Shown here: in pieces, positions 39,446 through 50,590 of the stretch
How the letters are laid out: each line of letters begins with the position of its first letter
Position numbering within the stretch: the stretch's first letter is position 1
NCBI GenBank assembly: GCA_043228905.1
Contig: JBHGNT010000018.1
Span: forward strand, 8,370,001 to 8,434,000
DNA: 64,000 nucleotides
Source of the DNA: Azolla caroliniana
Lineage: Eukaryota; Plantae; Polypodiophyta
Direction of reading: 5' to 3'
Notes under the pieces: model-generated
Databases searched by the model: none
The model's input: only the letters and a program-made list of their open reading frames with translations
Told to the model about the DNA's origin: nothing
Position numbers and translations under genes: made by a program

Positions 39446-40765
39446 CTTTAACCCTTTAAACACGTTTGCATTCACAAGTGGAAGGATCAAGCATTCCATG
39501 TATAGATTCCCTTTATAATCGTACAATTTTAGGCAATTTTCAGAAACTTGATACACCAGTATCATATGTTTTAAATAGCATGTAAAATTTGCTAATTTTT
39601 TGAGATTTAACAAGTTTCAAAATGATCATTTCTAAAATTGAATAGTTTTTCAATAAATTTTTAAACATTGATGGTTTGTAGATATGAAATGAACTTAACT
39701 TAAAGAAAATCACAATGGTTAACTCAAGGCACAAGTTAAGATTAACGATTTCACCATCTTGAGGAGATGTAGGTTCCAAAAGTGGAAGTTACATCTCCAA
39801 AATCCTTAAGAGAAATTTTTTTAAGTATAAGAGGTAACATTGTAATCCTTAATGCCATCGTCTATAAATTTAGTGCTCATTAACATCCATAAATTCACAA
39901 CTCAAGAAATGTATACAATATTCATAAACAAATTTGATAAATCCATAACTCCTAAAATGTAGACGATATTCATAAACTGTCAAAACTGCCAAACTTAGAT
40001 GTAAACATTAATCAATTTGAACATATCACATAGTTATCAGGATATCCACAATGCTCTCCTCTTCTTCATTTTGAGAACTCCCCTACAAAATTTGTAAAGT
40101 AAATGGCATTTGCAAGGTTCAATTACCATGAACACAATTATTAATGGTTTTTTGTTAATCAAGGAAGCACATGTTCACCATAAGGTATACATCTTTATAG
40201 TATCGATGTCATGATAACAGTCACATCATGCATCGAAAGGATCATGACACTCACATTATGACTCGAAAAGATTTGAACCCACGACCTTGTTGTACACATG
40301 TCAAATCCTTAACCATTGTATTAATATTCTTATATGTATAGTCTCTAGAATATGAAATCTAATATCATAGGAATATTCTATATTACTCTACATTCTAGAA
40401 TGACCTAGAATATTCTAGAGTGTTCTATACCACTAGAACCTTCTAGAATACTCTAGAGATCTTCTAGATTACTCTACATTCTAGGATAACCTAGAATATT
40501 CTAGAGAGTTCTCTATTACTTATAAATAGGGATCTACCACCCATCCCAAACCTAAATTGGTTCAACGCCATTTTGTAGCCTACTCTTTGTAATCCATTTT
40601 ACGCTTCAATATAATAATTCTCTTCCAATTATCTCTCTATCTCTTTTTCTCTCTCTTTCTCTCTCTCAGTCTTGACAGTTTGAACCAATTTTTTTCCTTT
40701 CATCTCTTCGTCTTCCACAAACCCTAACAAGTTCTCTTCTTCCTTCTCCTCTCCCCTCATAAGCT

Positions 40766-41890
40766 ATGGAGTCCGTGAGCAAACAAGAATACATGCGTGT
40801 TCTTTCTGAGCTCGACATGCTCACGAATAAATTTGTGGCATTAGAGCACGAGAATCAGAGGCTACTTGGAGATCTACAACACGTGAGCGCCGAAAAAGCT
40901 CAACAATATGAAGAGTTATCACAGCGGGTTCATCAACTTGAGGCGACTATATTGTCATTACGAGAGCAAGCGTCCGGGGCTCAGAACTCCCCTAGAGAAC
41001 CAAAGATCAGCCTCCCTGCCAAGTTTGATGGTACGAGGTCTTTATTTCGAGGCTTTTTGAATCAAGTTCGTTTAGTTATTCAGCTACATCCCAATCGGTA
41101 TCCAACTGATGCTGCTCGTGTGGGATTAGTGGGAACTTTGCTATGCGGTACGACGTTAGCATGGTTCGCACCACTTCTCGAGAAGAAATCACCATTGCTG
41201 GAGGATTTCGAGGCCTTTGTTAAAGAGTTTCAAGCTAGTTTCGGAGACACCGATAGCACTAGGACAGCGATAAACAAGATTCGAAGGCTCCGACAAGGAG
41301 ATCGTCCCGCGTCGTCTTATGCAGCCGATTTCCGTCTCTTGGCATGCGATATCCCTTGGGATGAGGCAGCTTTAATGGATCAATTCCGTCAAGGTTTGAG
41401 AAATGATGTCAAAAATCTTCTTCTTACTTTCCCTGAAGATCCGAAGTCACTTACAGAAGCCATTAGTCGAGCTGTGCGATGTGATAATCGCCTATTTGAG
41501 CGACGTTCTGAGCGCCAACAAATGTTACGCCGCCAACCTGAACAGACTTACGCTTCCGTAGTCGCAACGCCTCCACAAGTTTCTAGACCCATTACAAGGG
41601 ATGGCCCAACTCCGATGGAAATAGAGTCAACACAACGTCGTGGGCCGTTATCAGATGCTGAGAAGCAACGACGTCGAGCGCATCGCCTCTGCCTGTATTG
41701 TGGTGGTCCAGGACATATAGCTGTAAATTGTCCACATAAACCTAGGCGTCAAGTATACCAAGTAAGTGCCCATGAAAACCCTACCTCGAGTTCTATTGTT
41801 ACTTCTAATAACATAAATAAGCCTCATAGTCCATGTCATGAGAACAGATTCGATGTCTTGAGTCAATTAGAGGATGTGTTAAACGAGTAA
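40766..41890 (+). CDS. Gag (Ty3 capsid + CCHC knuckle)
   Basis: LPAKFDG, GPTPMEI, CLYCGGPGHIAVNC. Confidence 0.95.
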   Translation: MESVSKQEYMRVLSELDMLTNKFVALEHENQRLLGDLQHVSAEKAQQYEELSQRVHQLEATILSLREQASGAQNSPREPKISLPAKFDGTRSLFRGFLNQVRLVIQLHPNRYPTDAARVGLVGTLLCGTTLAWFAPLLEKKSPLLEDFEAFVKEFQASFGDTDSTRTAINKIRRLRQGDRPASSYAADFRLLACDIPWDEAALMDQFRQGLRNDVKNLLLTFPEDPKSLTEAISRAVRCDNRLFERRSERQQMLRRQPEQTYASVVATPPQVSRPITRDGPTPMEIESTQRRGPLSDAEKQRRRAHRLCLYCGGPGHIAVNCPHKPRRQVYQVSAHENPTSSSIVTSNNINKPHSPCHENRFDVLSQLEDVLNE

Positions 41891-44800
41891 GTCCGGCCAA
41901 AATAGGAGCCATTTGGCTGGACCATCCTAGCTATGTAGAGTTAGTTCCTAGTCGTGGTTCCATTTCATCAAATGAAGTGAGTCGAGTTTTTTCAGCACAA
42001 GTCGAGCTTACCACATCTACATGTCATCGAGTCCTAGCCTCTGCCCTTCTAGATTCTGGAGCCAACTCTTGTTTCATGGATCGTGAATTTGCCTTGTCAC
42101 AAAACATCCTCTTGAATAAGCTTCCCAACCCAGTAGCCGTAGGAGTCATCGATGGACGTCCCATAGCATCAGGAGATATAGTCGAGGAGTCCGAGCCAAT
42201 TAGGATAGTTCTTGGCAATTTGGCAAGCATAATCTCTTTCAATATTATTCGTAGTCCGGACCACCCAATAGTTCTAGGTCTCCCCTGGTTTGAACTCCAT
42301 AACCCGAAGATTGATTAGATGAAAAGAACAATTGAGGAGACTCGGGAAAAAAGCACAAATCCAGCATCCCTCTCTCCTACATGTGCTAATAGATCCCCGG
42401 AGTTATCGCCCATCTCTTTACGACAGTTGCGGGAGGAAGGGGGGAACGAGGCCATGTTCGTCTTCGCGATAGTAGCAACTCCATCATCCACTTCACGTGA
42501 GGCGGATATTAAACTACCAGAGAAATACAAGGAGTTTTCAGATGTCTTTTATAAGGTGAAGGCCAATACATTGCCGGAGCATCGGCCATACGACTGCCCT
42601 ATTGACTTACAACCAGGGAAAGAACCTCCATGGGGCCCAATTTATAATCTCTCCCCTGTAGAGCTAGAGACTTTGCGGGAATATATTGATGAGAATCTGG
42701 CAAACGGATTCATTCGGCATTCTAGATCCCATGCTGGTGCACCTATCTTCTTCGTTAAGAAGAAGAATGGGACTCTTCGGTTGGTCGTGGATTATCGAGG
42801 GCTAAACAAAGTGACTATCCGAAATAGATATGCTCTACCATTAATCCCGAATCTTTTGGAACGTCTCAGTGGTGCAAAATATTTCACGAAGTTGGACCTT
42901 CGCGGAGCATATAATCTAGTTCGGATTCGCCCGGGGGATGAATGGAAGACAGCTTTCCGCACTCGCTATGGACATTTTGAGTATACAGTGATGCCATTTG
43001 GTCTCACGAATGCACCTGTTGTTTTCCAACATATGGCGAACGATATTTTTCGAGATTTTCTTGATATCTTCACTATAGTTTACCTAGATGATATTTTAAT
43101 CTACTCAAAGACCCAAGAGGAGCATGATGCACATGTTCGTCAAGTACTGTGCCGACTCCGAGAATATGGTCTCTACGCAAAATTAGAAAAGTGTAGTTTC
43201 GGCCAGAATCAAGTGGAATTTTTGGGGTATGTTGTATCGTCAAATGGTATTGCTATGGACCCCATGAAGGTACAGGCAATTTTAGAGTGGCAAACGCCCC
43301 TTTCAGTACGTGATGTGCAATGTTTTCTCGGGTTTGCAAATTTTTATCGAAAATTTATTAAAGATTATTCCAAGGTTGTGCTTCCGCTTACTCAGCTCAC
43401 ACATAAAGATCAACCATTTATATGGAGTTCAGATGCATCCGAGGCATTCGAAAGCTTAAAACGAGCATTTACAACGGCACCTATCTTAGCACATGTCGAC
43501 CCAACAAAACGCTTCATCCTTGAAGCCGATGCATCCGATTTTGCACTAGGGAGTGTCCTCTCGCAGACTGGAGATGATGGACAACTACACCCTGTCGCCT
43601 TTCATTCACGAAAGTTTGAAGCTGCAGAGATCAACTACGAGATCCATGACAAAGAGCTTCTTGCAATCGTGGATTCGTTTCAACAATGGCGACATTTCCT
43701 AGAAGGTTCTTCTCAGCAGATCATTGTCTACAATGATCATAAGAACCTGACTTATTTCCAAAATGCTCGAGTCTTGAGTCGGCGACAAGCCCAGTGGGCG
43801 CAATTTTTGACTCACTTCGACTTTATCATCATATATCGCCCTGGGATGCAGCAAGGCAAAGCAGATGCTCTTTCTCGGCGCTCTTATATGGAACTTCGTC
43901 TAGGGGAACCTGCTTTTGAGCATCAAAAACAAATCCTTTTGGGTCCTAATCGATTACGATTAATGGTAGTTAACGCCATAACAGCTCTTGAAAATTCCAC
44001 TCTTCTTGATTCCATTCGAGATCATATGGCCACTGATGATTTCGCCAAGGATGTTTTGGATCATATCGTCCCGGATCGTGCTTCTTGCTCACAGTCGAAA
44101 AATCCTCGTAATGACTATTGTCAGTTCTATTGGCATGATGGTTTTCTATTTCGACAAAATTTATTATATGTTCCTGATGGTCCCCCACGGCTACAAGTTT
44201 TGCAACATTGCCATGACTCACCAATGGCTGGTCATTTTGGAGTTCACAAGACTCTAGAATTAATTTCTCGACGCTATTGGTGGCCTCGCCTTCGTCATTT
44301 TGTTGAGGAGTATGTTCGAAGTTGTGATATATGTTGTCGATCAAAGAATCCTTGTCACCGACCCTACGGCTTACTACAACCACTTCCCATTCCGGAAACA
44401 CCTTGGAAGTCTATATCCTTGGACTTCATTACTGATCTCCCAGTTTCAAAAGGTTTTGATGCAATTCTCACAGTTGTTGATCGATTTACCAAAATGGCAC
44501 ATTTCTTGCCATGTACAAAGTCGATTACTAGTCAAGAGACGGCTGATCTCGTTATGCGGGAGGTATTTAAGCATCATGGTCTGCCAGATGATATTATTAG
44601 TGATCGTGGTCCACAATTCATCTCAAAGTTTTGGAAGCACCTGTTCAAACTTCTCCACATTTCAGTTAAGCTTTCTTCGGGCTATCATCCTGAAACAAAT
44701 GGCCAAACAGAGCGTACCAACCAGACATTGGAACAATATCTTCGTTGTTTCATCAACTATCAACAAGATGATTGGGTTGCATTTTTGCACTTGGCGGAAT

Positions 44801-45522
44801 TCTCTTACAACAACTCAGCCCATTCTTCTACAGGATATTCCCCATTTTTCGCAAATACGGGCTGTCATCCTCGATGGACGATGAATGCGCATCCAGAAGT
44901 TCCTACCAACCCTGCTGCCGAGGATCGTCTTAGTCGCCTCCAAGAAATTCAAGCTAACATTCTCCACAATTTGCATGATGCTCAATTTACACACAAGAGG
45001 CTTGTCGATCGTCATCGTCTAGACTCCTCAAAAAAGTTCCACATTGGGGATCATGTATGGCTTCTCCAACGCAACATCAAGACCACTCGACCTTGCAGTA
45101 AATTGGATTACCAACGTTTTGGCCCTTACATGATCACTGGTAAGATAAGTGATGTTGCATTTCGTCTTGACCTCCCTCCGCACATGCATCTTCATCCGGT
45201 GTTTCATGTATCCCTTTTGGAACCTTATACTACAAGTTCAATTCCGGGCCGTCTTACAACACCCCCACCACCTGTCGAGTTCTTGGACGGGCCTGAATTT
45301 GAAGTTGTTGCCGTTCTCGATTCTAAAATCGTGCGCAACAAGTTGTATTACTTGGTCGATTGGCTAGGCTATACCCCGAATGATCGAACGTGGGAACCTG
45401 CCACAAATCTTTCCAATGCTGCAGAACTCGTCAATGCATTTCATCGCCAATATCCTTGTAAACCAGGTCCTAATACAAACCCTACGACCCGTGAACCACT
45501 AGAACCTTCTAGAATACTCTAG
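41890..45522 (+). pseudogene. Pol (PR-RT-RH-INT-chromodomain) with one premature TAG at 42316-42318
   Basis: LLDSGA, YLDDILIYS, ADASD, SDRGPQF, YYLVDWLGY..TWEP; the two ORFs share a frame. Confidence 0.95.
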
Positions 45523-45743
45523 AGATCTTCTAGATTACTCTACATTCTAGGATAACCTAGAATATTCTAGAGAGTTCTCTATTACTTATAAATAGGGATC
45601 TACCACCCATCCCAAACCTAAATTGGTTCAACGCCATTTTGTAGCCTACTCTTTGTAATCCATTTTACGCTTCAATATAATAATTCTCTTCCAATTATCT
45701 CTCTATCTCTTTTTCTCTCTCTTTCTCTCTCTCAGTCTTGACA

Positions 45744-46975
45744 ATCGATATGCATCTTTTTTTCTTGTAAAACCAAAGATTTTAGTACAATTCGAGTTCA
45801 TGTAAACCGTAAACCTCTTTTATTTGAAAAAAAAGAAGATTTCTAAACACGAACTCAATATATTGTATTGAGTTTATGTAAAAATCAAAGTTTTCATCAC
45901 AATTCCATACAATGTATCAAATTCATATTCAAAGTTTTTTTCCTGGATTTAAAAAAATAAAAAAATCAAGCTTGAGTTCATGAAAAAACTACATTTTTCA
46001 CCACAATTCAATACAATTTTAAAGTAATTTTTTTCAAAACAGATTTAAGTTTTCCAAAACAAATTAAATTTTTTTTAAATCTTTAGAGAGGAAAAAAAAA
46101 CTTAAAACATGAATTCGATACATTGTATCGACTTGTCATTAAAACTCTGGTTTTTTCATCACTTCAAATTTGTTTTTAACAAAAAAACAAAAAGACCTGA
46201 AATAAATTCAAAAAAAAGCAAATTTGTTTTTTAAAAAAACCCAAAAAAAACACTTTAAACATGAACTCGATACATTGTATCGAGTTCGTATTGAAAAATA
46301 GAGTTTTCAGGATCAACTCGATACGTTGTATCAAGTTTGTGTCGAAAGGTTGACTTTTCAACATGAATTCGATACAATGTATTGAGTTTGTGTTGAAAAC
46401 CTGACATTTCGACATGAACATGATACAATGTATTGAGTTCATGTCTTTTGAGTTTTTTTTTTAATTGATTTTTGTCTATTTATTTTGGATCTTTTTGTTT
46501 TTTGTTTTTTTAATTTGAAGTGATGAAAAAACCAGGGTTTTCATCACAAGTCGATACAATGTATTGAATTCATGTTTAAAGTTTTTCTTTTCCAAAAAAA
46601 TTTAAACAAATTTAAACAACATTTTTAAAAAATAAAAAACAATTGAAAACAAATTGAAAAAAAATACTATAAACATGAACTCGATACATTGTATTGAATT
46701 GTGGTGAAGATTCTGGTTTTTTCATCAATTCAAGCTCAATTTTTTTACTTTTTTATTTTTTTAAATGCGGGGAAAAAAACTTTGAGCATGTTTTTGATAC
46801 ATTGAATGGAATTGTGATGAAAACTCTGTTTTTTTTACATCAACTCGATACAATGTATGGAGTTCATGTTTAGAAATCTTCTTTTTTTTCAAATAAAAGA
46901 GGTTTAGGGTTTACATCAACTCGAATTGTACTAAAATCTTTGTTTTTACAAGAGTAAAAGATGCATATCAATGTT
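45744..46975. repeat. ~1.2-kb imperfect inverted repeat built of palindromic units AACATGAACTCGATACAnTGTATCGAGTTCATGTT
   Basis: 45775-45860 is the reverse complement of 46860-46941; many palindromic sub-units. Confidence 0.9.
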
Positions 46976-47039
46976 GCAAAGAAGTATGTTACAAAGAAGC
47001 ACTTAATGTTGATCTTCATAGTTTGGTTCATCTACAACA

Positions 47040-47470
47040 AAGAAACATTTATGTGGAACTAAGGATGACAACATGAGCATAACTCAGGTGACAAGGAAAC
47101 TTGCAAGAACTCAAGGTGGGGATATTAATAGCTACACATGTAGATGGCCATGACCTAGGGCACCAATTTTGCATTGGTAAAGTTTTGGACGTGGTGGTGC
47201 ATTAAACCTTTGTAATACATCTATCATTGACATTAGTGAGGTGGATATCATTGTGTATGACTTTACACTGACAAAAGTTTGATGTTTAAGGATGACAACG
47301 ATAGACATAATAAAAGAGATATTACCAAGTCTAGAAGATAGCTCAGATTGAAGGTAAACAAGATTTAGTGCACACATTTTGGAGACACCATTTGGTGAAG
47401 ACAATGATTTGATTGGTACATTTGAAAATGAGGAGGAAGAGTACCAATTTTATATTAGCTATAGTAGTGA
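47040..47470 (+). pseudogene. Degenerate coding remnant within TIR element (possible transposase C-terminus)
   Basis: Hand translation ELKVGILIATHVDGHDLGHQFCIGKVLDVV...VDIIVYDFTLTKV; partly repeated at 52570-52682. Confidence 0.4.
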
Positions 47471-47844
47471 TTCTCATTAAAGGAATGATAATAGTGATGC
47501 AAATAACTCCTAAATGTATTTTTTGTTCAACAATATGCAACAAATTTAGACAACATTTTATCGAATGAAATAAAAAAGTTGATTGTTTTGAAATCTTTTG
47601 TTTATGATTTCGTTAGGATCTAAAATACGACTAGTTATAATTTCTCCTTAAAAATACACAAAGTTACTTTTTCATATTTGGCCAAATTTTGGCATTTTTC
47701 AATTTTACCAAATGGTGAAAAGTTTAGCTTTTTCATCAAGTTTTCAAGAACATGTGATATTGGTATCAAGCCCCAAAATCAAACGGAATATTCCTTATCC
47801 TTCCATTTGTGCGCAATCCTTCCAATTGTGAACGCGAACACGTT

Positions 47845-49134
47845 TTTATTTCTTTTCGCTCCCACATACTAAAAATTTGATCTTGGAGGTTCCACACCTC
47901 CCCTATTCTGAAAGCAAGTTGAAACCAGGAGTCATACTTCCTCAAGACTTCTGACTTTGTGCTTTCATCAATTGTTATCCCCACTTCAAGCAGACACGTT
48001 CGCCGCAATCCAGGATGCAGCCTAGGACCAAATTTTTGCAAGGCATCAAGGCACTCGTGATGAAAGAATCTGATGCGCTCTATACATGACATATTCTTTC
48101 TATAGTCATTATCATTATTGTGATCCCAAGCTAGCAACTTGGCGTGTTCATGTGTAAGGCCAGCGTACACTTTACATTCTGCATATTTGAAGAACGGGAC
48201 CGTAAGAGGATATTCCTTGACAAGTTGACGTTGTGCCTCGGTAGAGTGGGATCCTCCAATCACGTAGTATGTGTAATCATCAGTCGAACTATACTTGAAG
48301 TCAGCTATAATTGGGCACTGATCTGGGTCTACCATTACTATGAATGGCACTACAGTAGCATGTGGAGTTATCTTCATTTTGCTTTTCAAGTTCTGCACAT
48401 GCATTGAATATGGCTCTCTTATCTCTAGAGCCTGTCTTCCTATTTCTAGATCAATTAGTGGCCTTTGAATAGAACAAATCAATAAGTGAAATAGTCGTTC
48501 CTTATGGACAAGCTTTGTCTTTACAATATTCTCTCTAATCCGATTTTTCTCTGAAGTGAGGATCCTCGAGGAAATCTAGCCACCTGGAGGAATTACTTCA
48601 AGTTGTGTGTCTTCCTCCTCATTTTCAATGAACTCGAGTACTTCGGGCTTGTCCTCCTCAAGATGTTGTCATTTCTTGTACTTCTTGAGTTCTACTTTTC
48701 ATTTTTTGGCTGGCTTCGGTGGGATGCATGCTTGTGCAACCATGAGTTCTCCTTTGATATACGGACATAAAGCAACAATCAAATTGGTTTTTGTTTCTAC
48801 ATCTTTCTTTAAGGCTTTAGGGTGGTAGGAGTCCATTATAAAATTGCCTTCATCAACCAGGACTCTGTGCATCCCCACTGAACTATCAACATTGAAAAGC
48901 AGGTTCGATGATTCATTGGCCTCATATTCAACGTTCTTTATTTGCCCATAGTTGAAGGTCTTTCCCACTTGAAGCCGGTAGCTCTTGAGGCGAGGCTCCC
49001 CAGTCTTAGAGGTCCCATCACCTCCCGACTCAATCAAAGTTTTCCGAGATTCTGGCTTTTGCATGTGGTCAGAAGGTTTTTTCGTTGGGGAGGGAATCTT
49101 CAATTTGAAAGATGGTACCTTCTGACGTGGTTCG
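47845..49134 (-). pseudogene. Exon 2 (5' part): N-terminal region + ParB-like domain
   Basis: ORFs 48699-49157 and 47766-48482 share a frame, separated by three premature stops. Confidence 0.8.
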
Positions 49135-49357
49135 CTAAAAACAACAAGTAAAAACACAATGATATAAAAATATTCGTAAAAATAAACACTCTAAACCTTA
49201 TAACAAAGGTAAAGTTCATGAAAACTAGTAGGAAAACACTCGAATTTAAGTGTAACCTTGTATCAAAAACACTTAAAAAAAGTTAATCAAATAGCAATAA
49301 AGTTACTATTTCTAGTATAACAATCACAAAATTTGCGACCTTTTGAATGAGTGTTGC

Positions 49358-49528
49358 TTTCAACGAGCACTCGATGGAGTGCATTGAGTTCACGTTGAAA
49401 ACCATCCTCGTTCAACGAGAACTCGATGCACTGCATCGAGTTCCCGTTGGAAGAGGGAGAACTCTATGCACTACATCCACTTCTATCCCGCTTTCAATGA
49501 GAACTCAATGCAGTGCATCAATTTCCCG
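49358..49528. repeat. Four palindromic units (TTCAACGnGAACTCGATGCAnTGCATCGAGTTCnCGTTGAA-like) in intron 1
   Basis: Units at ~49358-49400, 49411-49451, 49455-49483, 49492-49528. Confidence 0.85.
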
Positions 49529-49729
49529 CCGCAAAAAATGAACAAAAATATAATAGAATCTTAAAAAACAGTTAAAAGAAGATACCTGGCAATTTTATTT
49601 CCCTTGTTCATGTTGTTGATGTCGACTCGAGTTGACCGGGGAGGCAAAAACAGAAGGTCTGGGATGCTCTGTGCTCTTGTGCTCCTTTGCTTCTTGAATG
49701 CGATAATGACAATGAGAAGAGGCCTTTCC

Positions 49730-49737
49730 TTTATATA
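49730..49737 (-). promoter_or_regulatory. Candidate TATA box of ParB-MTase gene
   Basis: TATATAAA ~120 nt upstream of the ATG at 49611. Confidence 0.5.
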
Positions 49738-49928
49738 ATTTTTTTTTAATTATTTTTAAATTTGAATTATTATAGAAGAAAATTTTGAGCTATTTTCGAC
49801 TCAGTTGAGCTTAGTTAGCCTTAGTCGAGATATCCTCAACCTCGAGTAAAAGTTCTCTATTCTCCATTGAGCCTTTTAAATTATCTAATAACTCGTTATT
49901 CTCTATCAACGAATATAACCATCTAAAT

Positions 49929-50590
49929 TGCTGAGAATCAAGCTCAACATAGTGCAACGTGTGGACACACCTTTTGAGAATCGATGATTACTCAAAGGTC
50001 AAGAGTCACACCACTACTCTCTACACATTAACTATGTGTCATAGAATCCTATTCTATAACACATAACTAATGAGTTACATATTCCCCATGACTATGGGTC
50101 TTCACATTCCCCAAGAGAGAGTGGTTGTTGTAGTTAGTTAATGAAAAGAAAGGGTGACTATATATAAAGTGCCCTCCTCATACTTCATACTAAGTTGATT
50201 GTGACTCCTTGTAATGCTACATTTTGTATTTCCTATTTTACTTGTGAATATACACCATCTCCTTGAGTATTCCTTTTTCTATCTATCTTGTGTTCTCTCT
50301 CCTCTCCTCTAATTCCTCTCATACATACACATAACATACATCTCTTCCGCTACACAAGAATCATACCCGATTCTTTACATGGTATCAGAGCGGTTTGGTA
50401 GCTCAATCTAGCCCATCCACATGTGTTGTGTTCTACGCCAACGTTCAAGAAGAACCAGCTCAAAGTTATCGTAGTGTGACTACATAGCTCGTGTTCGAGA
50501 GAAGCAAAAGAAGAAAGAAAGCTCCATCGACAATGAATACTCAAATGGGGAGCGCTCTCCCTATCGAGAAGCTAGATCAAAACAATTTTG
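49929..50590 (+). mobile_element. Copia 5' LTR (49929-50379), Met-PBS (50380-50391) and gag start, interrupted by TIR copy 2
   Basis: TG..CA, TATA, TGGTATCAGAGC, MGSALPIEKLDQNNF. Confidence 0.88.

Larger units (their letters stand above)
40207..45743 (+). mobile_element. Ty3/Gypsy chromovirus (Tcn1/Tf1-like), near-intact
   Basis: 5' LTR 40207-40677; truncated 3' LTR 45495-45743 matching it; TSD ATCGA; chromodomain at pol C-terminus. Confidence 0.97.
39459..47844. mobile_element. Unclassified TIR DNA transposon with foldback core (copy 1)
   Basis: ~30-bp imperfect TIR AACACGTT(C/T)GC(G/A)TTCACAA(G/T)TGGAAGGAT; 4-bp TSD TTTA (39455-39458/47845-47848); removal restores the host reading frame; second copy from 50591. 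Confidence 0.85.
32006..49611 (-). pseudogene. Spliced ParB-like domain + beta-class N4C/N6A DNA methyltransferase fusion, disrupted by nested TEs
   Basis: Exon1 49611-49586 (MNKGNKIA) GT..AG to 49134 in phase; ParB-like PFIVMVD / YYVIGGSHSTEA / LTHEHAKLLAWDHN; frame restored across insertions to 33951; MTase YNGD..LLVADILYGF, W-K..E, NPYQKPQRLINRLIELF.NPDGWVLDLFA.T|xTTAACALKFFRNCVPLE. Confidence 0.8.

Noticed and set aside
45840-46860. CRISPR-like spaced palindromic repeats
   Set aside because: Irregular spacing, spacers mirrored by the foldback, no cas genes, eukaryotic TE context
47766-47844. C-terminus of the 238-aa ORF
   Set aside because: Read-through into the TIR; the real frame continues at 33951
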